NCBI GenBank assembly: GCA_025201805.1
Contig: MU619395.1
Span: forward strand, 5,002-59,703
DNA length: 54,702 bases
Source: Parasitella parasitica NRRL 2501
Taxonomy: Eukaryota > Fungi > Mucoromycota
Direction: 5' to 3'
A program made the position numbers and the translations under genes. This document shows, in pieces, positions 40,406-50,945 of the stretch. Numbering within the stretch: the first letter of the stretch is position 1; each line of letters starts with the position of its first letter. The notes below the pieces were generated by a model. The model made no database searches, had not been told where the DNA came from, and saw only the letters and a program-made list of their open reading frames with translations.

Positions 40406-41104
40406 TACAGGCAATCAAAAGGATAATGCGTTCCTGGATGGAGCTTGAAATGTTTCAGCGTTTTCTGATCTGCTACTTAGTGACATAGCGAAGACGTGTA
40501 ATTCAAGACGTATGGTATTCTTTGTAAAAATGAAATGTAAAATAAAGCGTTGTTTAGTAATTTTTTGGCTCAGAAAAAAAGCAATACACATGGGGTTTCC
40601 ATTCACCGCTTTAACCGTTAACTACTTTATATGACTAGCTAACCTTTGTAGACATTGTTTTCTTCTAGTCCATCCGCACGTAAACTATACATAAAGAGTG
40701 TGGCCTAGGTTTCAAATAAATAAACTCTCCTATCATATATATACCTTTATTTAGCTCTTGCGTAATTGTTTTGAATGCCAAAGGTATTGCAATGATCAAG
40801 TTTTCTGTTGTAGAATATTCTGCATTCCACAAAACTTGGTAATCGTTGTTGAACACAAGAAAAAATTACCGATAAAAGCAACGTTTTTTTTTATATTATT
40901 ATTATTACTCTATATACACATATTATTGTAAACAAAAATGTTGTTTGTACAATAATAAAAAATTTGTCATATTAAAGTTTTTAAAAAGAACTTGATGTTG
41001 TAAATTATAGTAGGGGCATGATTGTGGTGGTGTAATTAATTTAGCTGTGTGTAATAAAGATCATATAAGAGATATAGTTTTAGTAATTATGAGATTAACC
41101 TTAG

Positions 41105-42421
41105 TTATAGCGAAGAAGAGGCATCTGTATTATGCGATAAAATACTGGAGGAGCCATCAATTGGAAATAAAGCACCAGACTTTAAAGACTGAGTAGCAAC
41201 AGTAGCAGATGAAAGATCAGCAGGAGCAGCGTTTGCGCTAACGTTATTAGGATCCAAGACTGACTGATTTTGATACGAATTTATCAATGTCTTGTAGTAA
41301 GAGGGAGTATTGTCAGAATAAGTAGAGTAATTCATGAACTCTGGCTGTGTTTGTTGGGTCATTTGAGGTACAGGCATTTGTGTTGATGAGCGGCGGCGAT
41401 AATAAGGAGAGCGGTTAGTAGAGGGTGATGTCTGAATTGGATAATCGATTTGCGTAAAATGATCTCCACTGCCACTATCAAATAGACCATTTTGTCCAAA
41501 AAAGGGACGCTTATTTGGAGGTGATGGGCTGATAATGTTATAGCTGTTAATGGGAGATCTTCTAAAAGTATGATCTGTTGTAGATGGAGACGTTGAAATA
41601 TCGCTTTCAGCTTTGGAGGAGGGGGTATAAAGCAAAGTAGGCGTTACAGCAGAAGCAGCCGCGGCAGCCGAAGCAGCCGTGGCAGCAGCAACAGCAGCAA
41701 TGTCATAAGTATAAGCAGGTACTGATGACGACGGGTATTCAAACCGTGGGCTTGATGTTTTTGAAGTGTATGCACTTAATGATTGACTTCCATTTCTTCT
41801 GTTAATGCAAGTGGGGCACTGGCGCACAAATCGGGCAACTAATTCTTTAGGAATCCAGGAGAATTGATTTCGTACCTTTTTTTTTTTTTTTTNNNNNNNN
41901 NNTTTTTTTTTTAAATGTGAAATATGAGTCAGATGGATGGAAATGTCAAATATACCAATTAAACTCACAATTGCCGAAGTTTTATCTCTACCGCCGTGAT
42001 GAGCTTCTTTGTGAGCATTGACTAAAATGTCGTAAATCTGCTCTTTCATGGCAACCGGTTTATTGTCATGGCAAACCAGATCATACGAACCAGGTTGAAG
42101 TTGAAACATCTTCTTTACCCAAAATCTGAACTGGGCGGTTGAAATTGACGTATTTCTGGGATTTTTGAGCACTTCTTGAATAAGGCAGTAACGAGCATGG
42201 TCAACGAGAGCCTTGTCTCTTTTTTTAGGGCTAAGATTATGCAGATAATCATTGATTATGCCTTGAAATTCCTCAAATGAAGGTAGTGGATCTTCTTCTT
42301 CTGTCAGACTATTTGCATTGGCCGCAACAACGACAGTGTCATTCAACATGTTGCTATATCGAAATTGTTGATGGTTGCCAAACTCAAAAATGGGGGATCT
42401 TAAATGATGATGATTTTGCAT
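41105..42421 (-). CDS. Integrase zinc-binding (H2C2) domain protein, no catalytic core, 2 exons
   Basis: AHKEAHHGGRDKTSAI|VRNQFSWIPKELVARFVRQCPTC across an intron at ~41876-41968 (contains a 10-N gap). Long S/A/P-rich tail; no DDE core. Confidence 0.8.
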   Translation of the reverse strand: MQNHHHLRSPIFEFGNHQQFRYSNMLNDTVVVAANANSLTEEEDPLPSFEEFQGIINDYLHNLSPKKRDKALVDHARYCLIQEVLKNPRNTSISTAQFRFWVKKMFQLQPGSYDLVCHDNKPVAMKEQIYDILVNAHKEAHHGGRDKTSAIVSLIGIFDISIHLTHISHLKKKXXXXKKKKKVRNQFSWIPKELVARFVRQCPTCINRRNGSQSLSAYTSKTSSPRFEYPSSSVPAYTYDIAAVAAATAASAAAAASAVTPTLLYTPSSKAESDISTSPSTTDHTFRRSPINSYNIISPSPPNKRPFFGQNGLFDSGSGDHFTQIDYPIQTSPSTNRSPYYRRRSSTQMPVPQMTQQTQPEFMNYSTYSDNTPSYYKTLINSYQNQSVLDPNNVSANAAPADLSSATVATQSLKSGALFPIDGSSSILSHNTDASSSL

Positions 42422-42743
42422 GAAATCGTAGATTATTGTTGTTTAATAGAAGGAAGAAGAAGAAAGGAAGATTGTTATTTGTGTTAATTTTTAAAAAACC
42501 TATTTAGAGGCATGCATCAAGGATGTTTATGCAAGACATTGAATGCTCTTTGCAATATTATATTCGCTAATGATCAGGAATGATACATTATATCATTGTA
42601 TACACTTCGGAATAATTGCAGCATTTCACTTTTCAAACCCTCTTACATTGTACATTTTCAGGTATTTTGTACTTTTTATTTTTTTGATACTGTATGGTAT
42701 AACAGCATTGAAAAGCTCAATTAAACCAAATATAGTATATAAA

Positions 42744-43598
42744 TCAAGAGCGAATAGGTGTTTCCAAGTTATAAATTGCGGCGCCTTTGCTGTAATCTTT
42801 TCCTTCTCACGTTCATAAGAAGGAGGGAGTAGTTTACGCTTTTCTTCATAATAGTCATTTCGGAAATCACCTTCGCTGGCTGCATTGTATGTCAAATAGA
42901 CAGCCTGTCTGGCTTTTCAGTGTTGTTATCGCAAGATCGATGAGCAAGATATGCGCCAAAGAGCAAAATAGAGCCCTAGTATATGTATAAAGTGTTTAAT
43001 TTTATTGCCAGCACTTGATATAAATCCAGTTTTATAGTCCATTTACAGGCTTACAATAAACAGACACCCATTCTTTTGCTGGGGAAAAGACGGCCATCGT
43101 AGTCATTCTTATGATATCCAAGAACGACTTCCAAGCACCCATTTGTCTCGGTGGTTGGATCAATTGTGAACACTTCAGCCATATCAGAAGACTTTCCAAA
43201 GCAAAATGCACCCGCATCTTGGTGAGGAGGAAAGCCTCCACCGCCTTTCAGCTTGTAATTCGCCTTTTTCTTGAACAAAACATAGCCTTCACCATGAAGT
43301 TCCCTGAGGACCTGAAATAGACGAGGGCTTTTGACATAAGTCAACATCCCATCATGATAGGGAGTAAAATTCTCGCTTCGACATAGCTGTTTTTCGCCAG
43401 TAACAGTATTTGGCTCATATTATTGCATCCATTTACCCTTTTCTTGAGGCCAATTCTGGAATTCGCCACAAAAGACTTCAAGAGTACTATACTCTTCAAG
43501 CGAGAAAAAGTCTTGTGTCAGCAAAAACCCATCGTTGTGATAGAACTCGATTAGCTCTTTGGTTTAGGCGTATAGCTTCTGGCTTTTAGCGATCTCAT
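42744..43598 (-). pseudogene. PhnY-like phytanoyl-CoA dioxygenase (PhyH) family Fe(II)/2OG dioxygenase, disrupted
   Basis: Reconstructed: FYHNDGFLL...GKWMQ*YE (TAA at 43420-43422)...CRSENFTPYH...LFKKKANYKLKGGGGFPPHQDA (HQD at 43216-43224)...NGCLEVV...KEWVSVYCKP|intron|GSILLFGAYLAHRS...RQAVYLTYNAASEGDFRNDYYEEKRK...GAAIYNLETPIRS*. Several frameshifts. Confidence 0.85.
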
Positions 43599-43859
43599 TG
43601 ACTGAATCTGCATTGCTTGTTCTGCTGTATGCGTTACCAGGAAGAAGCCGTCTGTTTATATATGCATCTACTGTCACGCTGAACTCAACTCTGGGAGATG
43701 CCTTCCTATTCCCACGTTTTAATCTCACGGGATTAGACAATTTGATTCAACCCATGGGTGCCCGTGGCGAACAAACTCATCTATAGAAGACGTACTTCAA
43801 GTGCAATACAAGCATTTATATCTTTTCTAGCTCTTTTGTTTCTCGCTATACGTTATAGT

Positions 43860-44093
43860 TGATCAAGCTTCTGCTATTAAATTGGAACAGAATATCTGAG
43901 TAAATTGGGCTTCTCATCCAAAGTGTCTGCATTGGTTGAATCGCATGTACCTGTCAAACGCTATCTCACGGGCAAATATCCCAAATACTACAAGACTCTT
44001 AGTGCTGCCTCCAAATTATCCCTTAAATATCAGGTAATCACAGACGAATTGTAGCCTTGAATTGACAGCAGCCAATTTATGCTTGTACTACTA

Positions 44094-44150
<57 letters not shown>

Positions 44151-44412
44151 TCAAATATTATTTATAGAGGGACACATCGCGGAGTGGTGGACCTCGAACA
44201 ACGAAAAAACTTGTACTACTACAATAGGGCGGTCCCTATTCTCGGACCAAGTGCACGCATTCGAGAATGATCCTTTGTTTAAGCTCAAAGTACAACTTCG
44301 GCAGTGGGAAGATGCAGCCAAGGTAGCCGATCTTAAAGTGCCTGTTCTGGAATCTTATCACACAATGGCTGTTCGCCAATTGTTAAGAGTTATAATATCA
44401 TTTTCACTATAA
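43860..44412 (+). pseudogene. PhnZ-like HD-domain di-iron oxygenase, lacking the N-terminal half and frameshifted
   Basis: 43881-44033 reads IGTEYLSKLGFSSKVSALVESHVPVKRYLTGKYPKYYKTLSAASKLSLKYQ. After intron 44034-44227: GGPYS (frameshift) DQVHAFENDPLFKLKVQLRQWEDAAKV. The HV..KRYL, LS.AS..SL..QGG and LR.W..AAK motifs are PhnZ-type. The LLHDIGH segment is missing. Confidence 0.82.
44095..44209 (-). mobile_element. 5'-truncated poly(A) retroposon (LINE/SINE 3' end)
   Basis: ~53-nt poly-T plus ~60 nt unique sequence, flanked by the 13-bp direct repeat CTTGTACTACTAC at 44082-44094 and 44210-44222. Confidence 0.88.
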
Positions 44413-45280
44413 AAAATTACAGACTTTATGTTCTTTGTGTGGTTTAATATACATAATTTCAAAAAATGATAGCAAACATCTCGTGCAGACTAGCATGTGG
44501 ACTCTAAATTAAATTTATATACATAGTTATCGTCTAAATGAAATAATGATACCCTATCATAAAGGAAAACGCTTATCGGAAAAAGTTTGAGATTTTATTT
44601 TATTGTACGATGCAGAGGTGCTCCAGAGTTTGGTACAGCTCAAAAATCATGCTTTGGTATCATGATGATTAAACATGCTGCTCAAGAGAAACCAACCTTC
44701 GCTCGACACATTTGAGTTGGATTTTATTCTCTCAATTATCTCAATCCAGAAATCCCAAAAGTTGATGTCCGTGGCAGGTTCCTGAAATCTCGATTGATAA
44801 AAAAAAAACAAGATAGGAAAGTAATTTGGGCAGAGTATTTACCTCCATGAAATTGGCTTGACGTATGAAGAGCAATTAATGTTTGGGGTTTCAGGTACGA
44901 CATAATCGAATTCGTTTTCGATCAAAAGAGGATGGTGCAGAATGATAAACCTGTCGGGTTGTTGTACGAATAGCCGAGAGCTGATTGCACTGTATTATGT
45001 GTTTATTCACTAAACAAATAGATAGGAGCTGTAAGACTTAATTGTTGTCTCACAACAGGTAGTTGATATTTGAGTTTGGAGAGTAAAAAACTGGCCACGC
45101 TATCAGAGATTGACTTTAGCTGCTCAGCTCATATTTCAATTATTAAAAGCGCAAATCGGGCCCTATCAAAAGCGCCAAATGGTGAGACTTTCACATTGAA
45201 GAAACAAAACCCCTCCTCCCTTCTTTAAAGCTTCTTTTACCTTCTTTACACCCCTTTTCCCACCTTATTAATCACAATCA

Positions 45281-46247
45281 ATGACCTCTGTTATATCTAG
45301 TTTATCAAAGGCCTCTTTCAATCATGGCTGTACAGATGTAGATATGGACCCAAAGCTAGAAACCACCCAGCATTACGACTTTAAATACATTGAACGTACA
45401 GTCTACTTGCTAGCAGACGCTGATAATGCGCTCGGTAAGAGTGTGAAAACAGCATTGCAAGTCATCGAGGAAGCATATCAGAGATATGGGTAATAGTATG
45501 CGGATTTTTACATTGAAGAAGAAAAAGTATTTACTATTTTACAGTCTTGATTCTGTTGCTCTTTCGTTTAATGGAGGAAAAGATTGCACAGTTTTGCTGC
45601 ATCTGGTAGCTGCTGTGATGTCTCGCTTGGGATATCAAGATGAATTTTTGCGTACGGTCTTTGTTACATACCCCAATCCTTTCCCTCATGTTGATGCGTT
45701 TGTAAAAGTTTGTATTCAACGTTATAAATTAAATTGCGTCTATATCCCTGGCCCCATGAAGCAGGCCCTGCAACAATATATCGATGGCTCATCGAGTCCT
45801 ACAAAAGCTATTTTCGTTGGCATCAGAAGAACAGATCCTTATGCCGGTAAGTTTTGCGGTCAACCTGGTGGTTTATCTTTTCTGATGACCCAAGCTGTAT
45901 TGTAGAGAAGCTATCCCATTTCAACAAAACAGATGAAGGGTGGCCAGATTTCATGCGTGTTCAGCCTATCATTGACTGGAACTACAAGAATATTTGGGAT
46001 TTCTTGCTTGAACTCAGGATACCTTATTGCTCGCTCTATGACGAAGGGTAAATTGCATTGACTTGTCGAATCAAAGTGGGATATAACTAATGTAAATTAC
46101 AGTTACACATCGCTAGGTAGTATGGAGAATACCCACCCAAATCCAGAGCTGAAGGACGATAGCCAGCCCAGCGGATATAGACATGCCTGTATGCTTACCA
46201 ACGAGCTGCATGAACGTGATGGAAGAGAAGGATCTTCCAAAAAGTAG
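45281..46247 (+). CDS. FAD1: FAD synthetase (PAPS-reductase-like family), 4 exons
   Basis: [53 protein letters not shown]...HPNPEL and ERDGR motifs. Confidence 0.93.
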
Positions 46248-46706
46248 AGAATGTGCACACCATACAGAGTTTTGTAGATAGATGACAAATACTATATAAT
46301 AGATTTATTTTTATTTTACTTTATAAATGTTGATTTGGCTTGCTGAAATGGGGTGAAGGGTTTCCAGTGTGTAACATATGAGCGTTGGCAGTGCTGATTT
46401 GCAGAAACGCAATATGCCGTGGATGGTACCCTGCTGCTTCCGACACTCTTTTGTGCTTAACAATATACTGCAAGTTAAATGTGCGATAGCTGCTCTTCAA
46501 GCAAAATGTCATCGAACCCTCAGTTTCGATAACACAGTGCAAACGAAGATTGTCGATCCAAAAATAAACTTTTCCAGTGTGTTACAAAAATTTAACAAAA
46601 AAAAAAAAGATCGTCTCCCTTTTTTTTTAACCATAATTCTTTTTGTATATCTTTCTCTTTCTCATCTTTGCTTTCCATTTCTTTTTGTTGTGTAAATTCG
46701 GGAGAG

Positions 46707-48453
46707 ATGCAGCCACCGGATTCAGAAAATAGGTTGTTGTTGAGCATCACCTTATTACTAGCACTTTTTTTTACAGCATTTTACATTGTTTATATACCGC
46801 CATCAAAAGATACCTCAAGGACCGACAGATTGGCACAGCAAAACAAACTGAACAATCCTGCCAAAGCGAAAGAGAATCCCTGTGATAAAGTTGATATTTT
46901 ATGGCTGTAAGTAGCATCTTGACGTATACTCAACTCAATTGTAAACTTTTTGTTTTCCAGAGCCAGTGACAGAATATACTGGGATGGTTGGACTGATAAA
47001 GCAATGTTTATGAGAAAAGATGGTACCTTGACCAAAGGGAATGTATACATCGACGAAGGAGATGAGATATGTGTGGTTGTTCTGGTAAAAAATATTACCA
47101 CTTGTAGGAAAGAAAATGGGGCTAAAAAATTATACTCTGTAGCTTGGACCCACACCAGCTCAATCCTCGATCAAAGATGAGGATCATCTCGGCACCAAAG
47201 ATAGCATAGCGCTATTTGCAACTGGCAATTCAACGAAAATTACTATTGAGCTACAAGCACACAAGACACAGACGAATGCCTACTTTGCTCCTGTTAGATT
47301 TACACAAGCCGATACTTACAGATTAGACGCAATAGATGAATACAGATCCTATTTTTGGGAAGCCCCCATTCTACACAACTATAAACCTTACCGATTTCAG
47401 TCCCAGAACTATTTGATAGTGTCTAAATCAGAGATTCCAACAAGATTACCAATTTGCCGAAACGATACTGATATACAAGGCATATGGGTCAATGCTACTG
47501 TTTTTAAAAAGTCAAACAGTAGATCTATGTATACTATGTTTGAAAACAACGAAAATCAATTTGTTCACAACGGTAAAGTGTTTGTCCCTGACAGCTGCCA
47601 GTTAGAATTCAAGAGTGAAGGACAGGCAATCGCTTGCCTTGGAACGAGAACAGTGCATGTCTGGGCCGATAATAACCTCAGAAGGTAGGTTAGCCATTAT
47701 GTTTACATAAATAAGAATATTTGTAATATAGCTAATCCCTTGTTCACATCATTTTATATACAAAGAAATCTGAAAGCTATCAACTTTAACAGGAGCAGTA
47801 GATGGTGCGACTTTGAAGCTATATCCAAAATCAAGAACGATTCTGAGAGACGAAAGCAGTCTGCTTGTATTTGCAATGATAATGACGAAGATACAACGCA
47901 ATACTCCTGGATAACAGACCCTCATGTTCCGCTAGAATTTGACAACTCGTGGGATATCCATACAGAGTTTTTCTACAACAATGTTGGTGGTAGCCTTACA
48001 GCAAACAATCCAAAAATCTTTGAACGAATGAAGCAATACGCCACCAACAGCACCAGTACTAAAGCTGACATTGTTATTATTGGCCTTGGCAACGACGATG
48101 TCCAGGGGCTGAAAGTATCACTGAACGATTTCGCAAATGCGTTCCGACAAATGTTAATCAATGCGCGACATGTATATCCAACACAACCCATCATCATCCG
48201 TACTCCTCAATATTTTTGCTGTGGAACCCTTTACACATCTTCCTGGAATACTGGTCGTAGTTTGACTTTCAGTAACATTGTGCGCAATCTTGTTTATTCT
48301 TTTGAGAACATGCTGCTTTGGGATGTGCATCGCTTAGGCACAGAAGAAACTATTTGCCATCCCCAGGGAACAAGTTATTCTAGCCGGAATGTCGTCAGCA
48401 TGGAAAATCAGTTTCTCTACAGTTTAATTTGCTCTGCTGCTCGATCAGTTTAA
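46707..48453 (+). CDS. Type II membrane-anchored SGNH/PC-esterase (NXPE-like) protein with degenerate catalytic motifs, 4 exons
   Basis: N-terminal TM segment LLLSITLLLALFFTAFYIVYI. FVPDSC...ACLGTRTVHVWADNNLRR (block I position), ADIVIIGLGNDD (block III) and LLWDVHRLG. Confidence 0.6.
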
Positions 48454-48911
48454 TAAAATCAACGTATAGTAGCAACCAATTTTTCTTTTTTGTGCATTTA
48501 TTCTTCACCGCATCTTACGATATAATACATTAGAAACCACAATTTCTGCTTTCAAACGCTGTAACTGGATTCCAAAATGTAAAGCAGCACCACTTCGAAT
48601 CCACTTGATAAAGCCAAAAGTAAACTATACGCCACTTGGTCCTGATTGTGCTCACTACAAAATAGCGCACTACCCGCTGTTTTCCATTGATTTATGGTTT
48701 TCAAATGTAAAAGAAGAAAGTAATTTCTCAGGAAGAGAAATTATTCAAATAAAACGGTTGTGCATTAATCAGGTAAAGATCTCGTTTACTGTCTGGAAAA
48801 TATATTGGTATAGATATAACCTGAGTATAATTTTATAATAAAGAACCCAAACTTGATTGTAATTGTAATTTTACAACGTTTTTTTTTATATGTTTTTATT
48901 TTCAAATTTAC

Positions 48912-49256
48912 TGCTATTCTTTTACAAATAAGGAATAAGCTGCAAGTTGTAATTGAACCTCTTGCAAGCTTCTGGCCTTATTCAAAGAATACATCAAGAT
49001 CAGATCGCGGGATGTCGGGAAGATATCATCTGGCCCAACCTTTTCTTTAATGTTAAATAGAAAGATAGGTCTGTCCTGGAAATGCTGTGATTTAATAAGG
49101 TTTGACACTTCTTGTCAAACATCAAATGTTATGAGGATAAACATTGACTGGGATATATTTTAGTATAAACAGAGATCATATCTTATATCAATTAAAGTCT
49201 TCCGTTTGTATCTGGTCTTATTCAGAAAAAGTCTTTATTACTTCTTTCATATAACA
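48912..49256 (+). mobile_element. Solo LTR (345 bp)
   Basis: Ends TGCTAT...ATAACA. TSD TTTAC at 48907-48911 and 49257-49261. GTATAAA box near 49163. Confidence 0.75.
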
Positions 49257-49446
49257 TTTACACAACATTTCGCTAAGCCCTTTTACACAGGCACAAAAGC
49301 CTGCTCACTTCATTCATTGATTCACTTCACTAACTCTTCCGCTGTTTAGGATATAGATCAAATCTTAGCGGAAATGTATTATACTCTGTATAATACATCG
49401 CACATGTTATGCCAGGTCTTGAAATTGAGCACAACAGGCGATTGTA

Positions 49447-49790
49447 TGTGATATAAAAATATAAGAATGTAATAAAGACTTAGTTTACCAGATACAAAAC
49501 TATTGATTTATTGATTGACAAGAAGCTGTCTATTTATATTAGAATAAATCTATCTAAATCAATCTATAAAATACAATCAGGTCATGTTTGACATTTAATT
49601 GTCAAACAAGATTATAACACAGTAGTAGTCAGAGCAAGACCTATTTCTATATTTAATCAGCTAATCGTAATGAATGTGAATCGTTCATCGATAAGTTGAG
49701 CTTCGCAATTTAGAATAAGTAGAACCCCAATAGATGGTTTCTTATACAAGACATTCTATTGAATACTTCTATTCACTAGATAGAATAATC
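49447..49790 (-). mobile_element. Diverged LTR related to 48912-49256, in inverted orientation
   Basis: Matches the reverse complement of 48912-49256: gtaataaagactt, accagatacaaa, tgtttgaca...tgtcaaac, agacctat. Distal end and TSD are not clear. Confidence 0.55.
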
Positions 49791-50253
49791 GATGCCTTTT
49801 AACCATAGATTCGATCAGGAACGGTTGCCATGACAACTGAGTTGAAATAGTATTCTATGGATACAACAATACAGCGAGCATGAGTAGAAATGCGTAGTAG
49901 AATGGGATAACTTTATTTAGACATGGCAAAGAGACATGGGTGGTGCCATTGAATGGCTGATCTTTATCCCAATACAGAGTGGCGATATTGTTTAACATTT
50001 GGTTCCTAAAATCGGTGTTAAATCCTGATGAATATTCTTTAACCAAAGCTAGTATAAAGAACTTTCTATCCTTTATACGTATCTATGCTCTCGAATTACT
50101 GCTAATTCAAAAACTCTTATCCACCAAACCTCTAGGGATTGGCCCACGGCGTACACAATTATTCCTCATCCTAGACCATGGTCCTATTGCTGCTGCACTT
50201 ATTTAATCTTTGAATAGCAAAATGAATATATTCAGTTCTAATTCTTAACAAGA

Positions 50254-50900
50254 CAAACAGCAAAACAAACACTGTCTTATGCGCCATAAGAACAGGCATG
50301 ATCATCGCTATCTGAGCATAACTTGCTTTCCACTGGGCGATGTCTCTATTAAAAGTTATCTGCAAAACCAGTTTTATTTTTCAATATTTATCATAAATAT
50401 TGAATATTTGCTCATAACTTGTGCTAAAATAACAGTAGAACCGAGATCTAACTAGGAAAACTTAGCCTTGACTTGGAGCTATTTGCCAACAACATTTGCA
50501 TCTATGTTTTTATTGATATCTACAGAATTATCAGATGATATCACAAATTTACATATCAGAATTGCATATAATCGATGATAGGCCTCCATAAACAGCAAAA
50601 TAAAACACTGTCTTATGCGCCATAAGTACAGGCATGATCATCGCTATATGAGCATAACTTGCTTTCCACTGGGCGACCTTTCCATCACAAGTTATCTGCA
50701 AAAACAGTTTTATTTTTCAATATTTATCATAAATATTGTATATTTGCTCATAACTTGTGCTAAAATGACCTTAGAACCAAGATCTAACTTGGAAAACTTA
50801 GCATTGAATTGGCACTATCTGGCAACAAAATTGGCATCCATGTTTTTATAGATGCCTATAAAGTTAGCAGATGATATCATAAATTTACATATCAGAATTC
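50254..50900. repeat. Tandem duplication, ~336 bp period, two diverged copies
   Basis: Block from aaacactgtcttatgcgccataag to aaatttacatatcagaatt occurs at ~50254-50560 and ~50591-50899. Confidence 0.92.
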
Positions 50901-50945
50901 TTCTTTGTTATATGCATTTGAAACGTTTTTATCTGGCTATATTAT

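Noticed and set aside
49830-50210. Possible degenerate transposase fragment
   Set aside because: No recognisable motif could be assembled by eye; it needs BLASTX.
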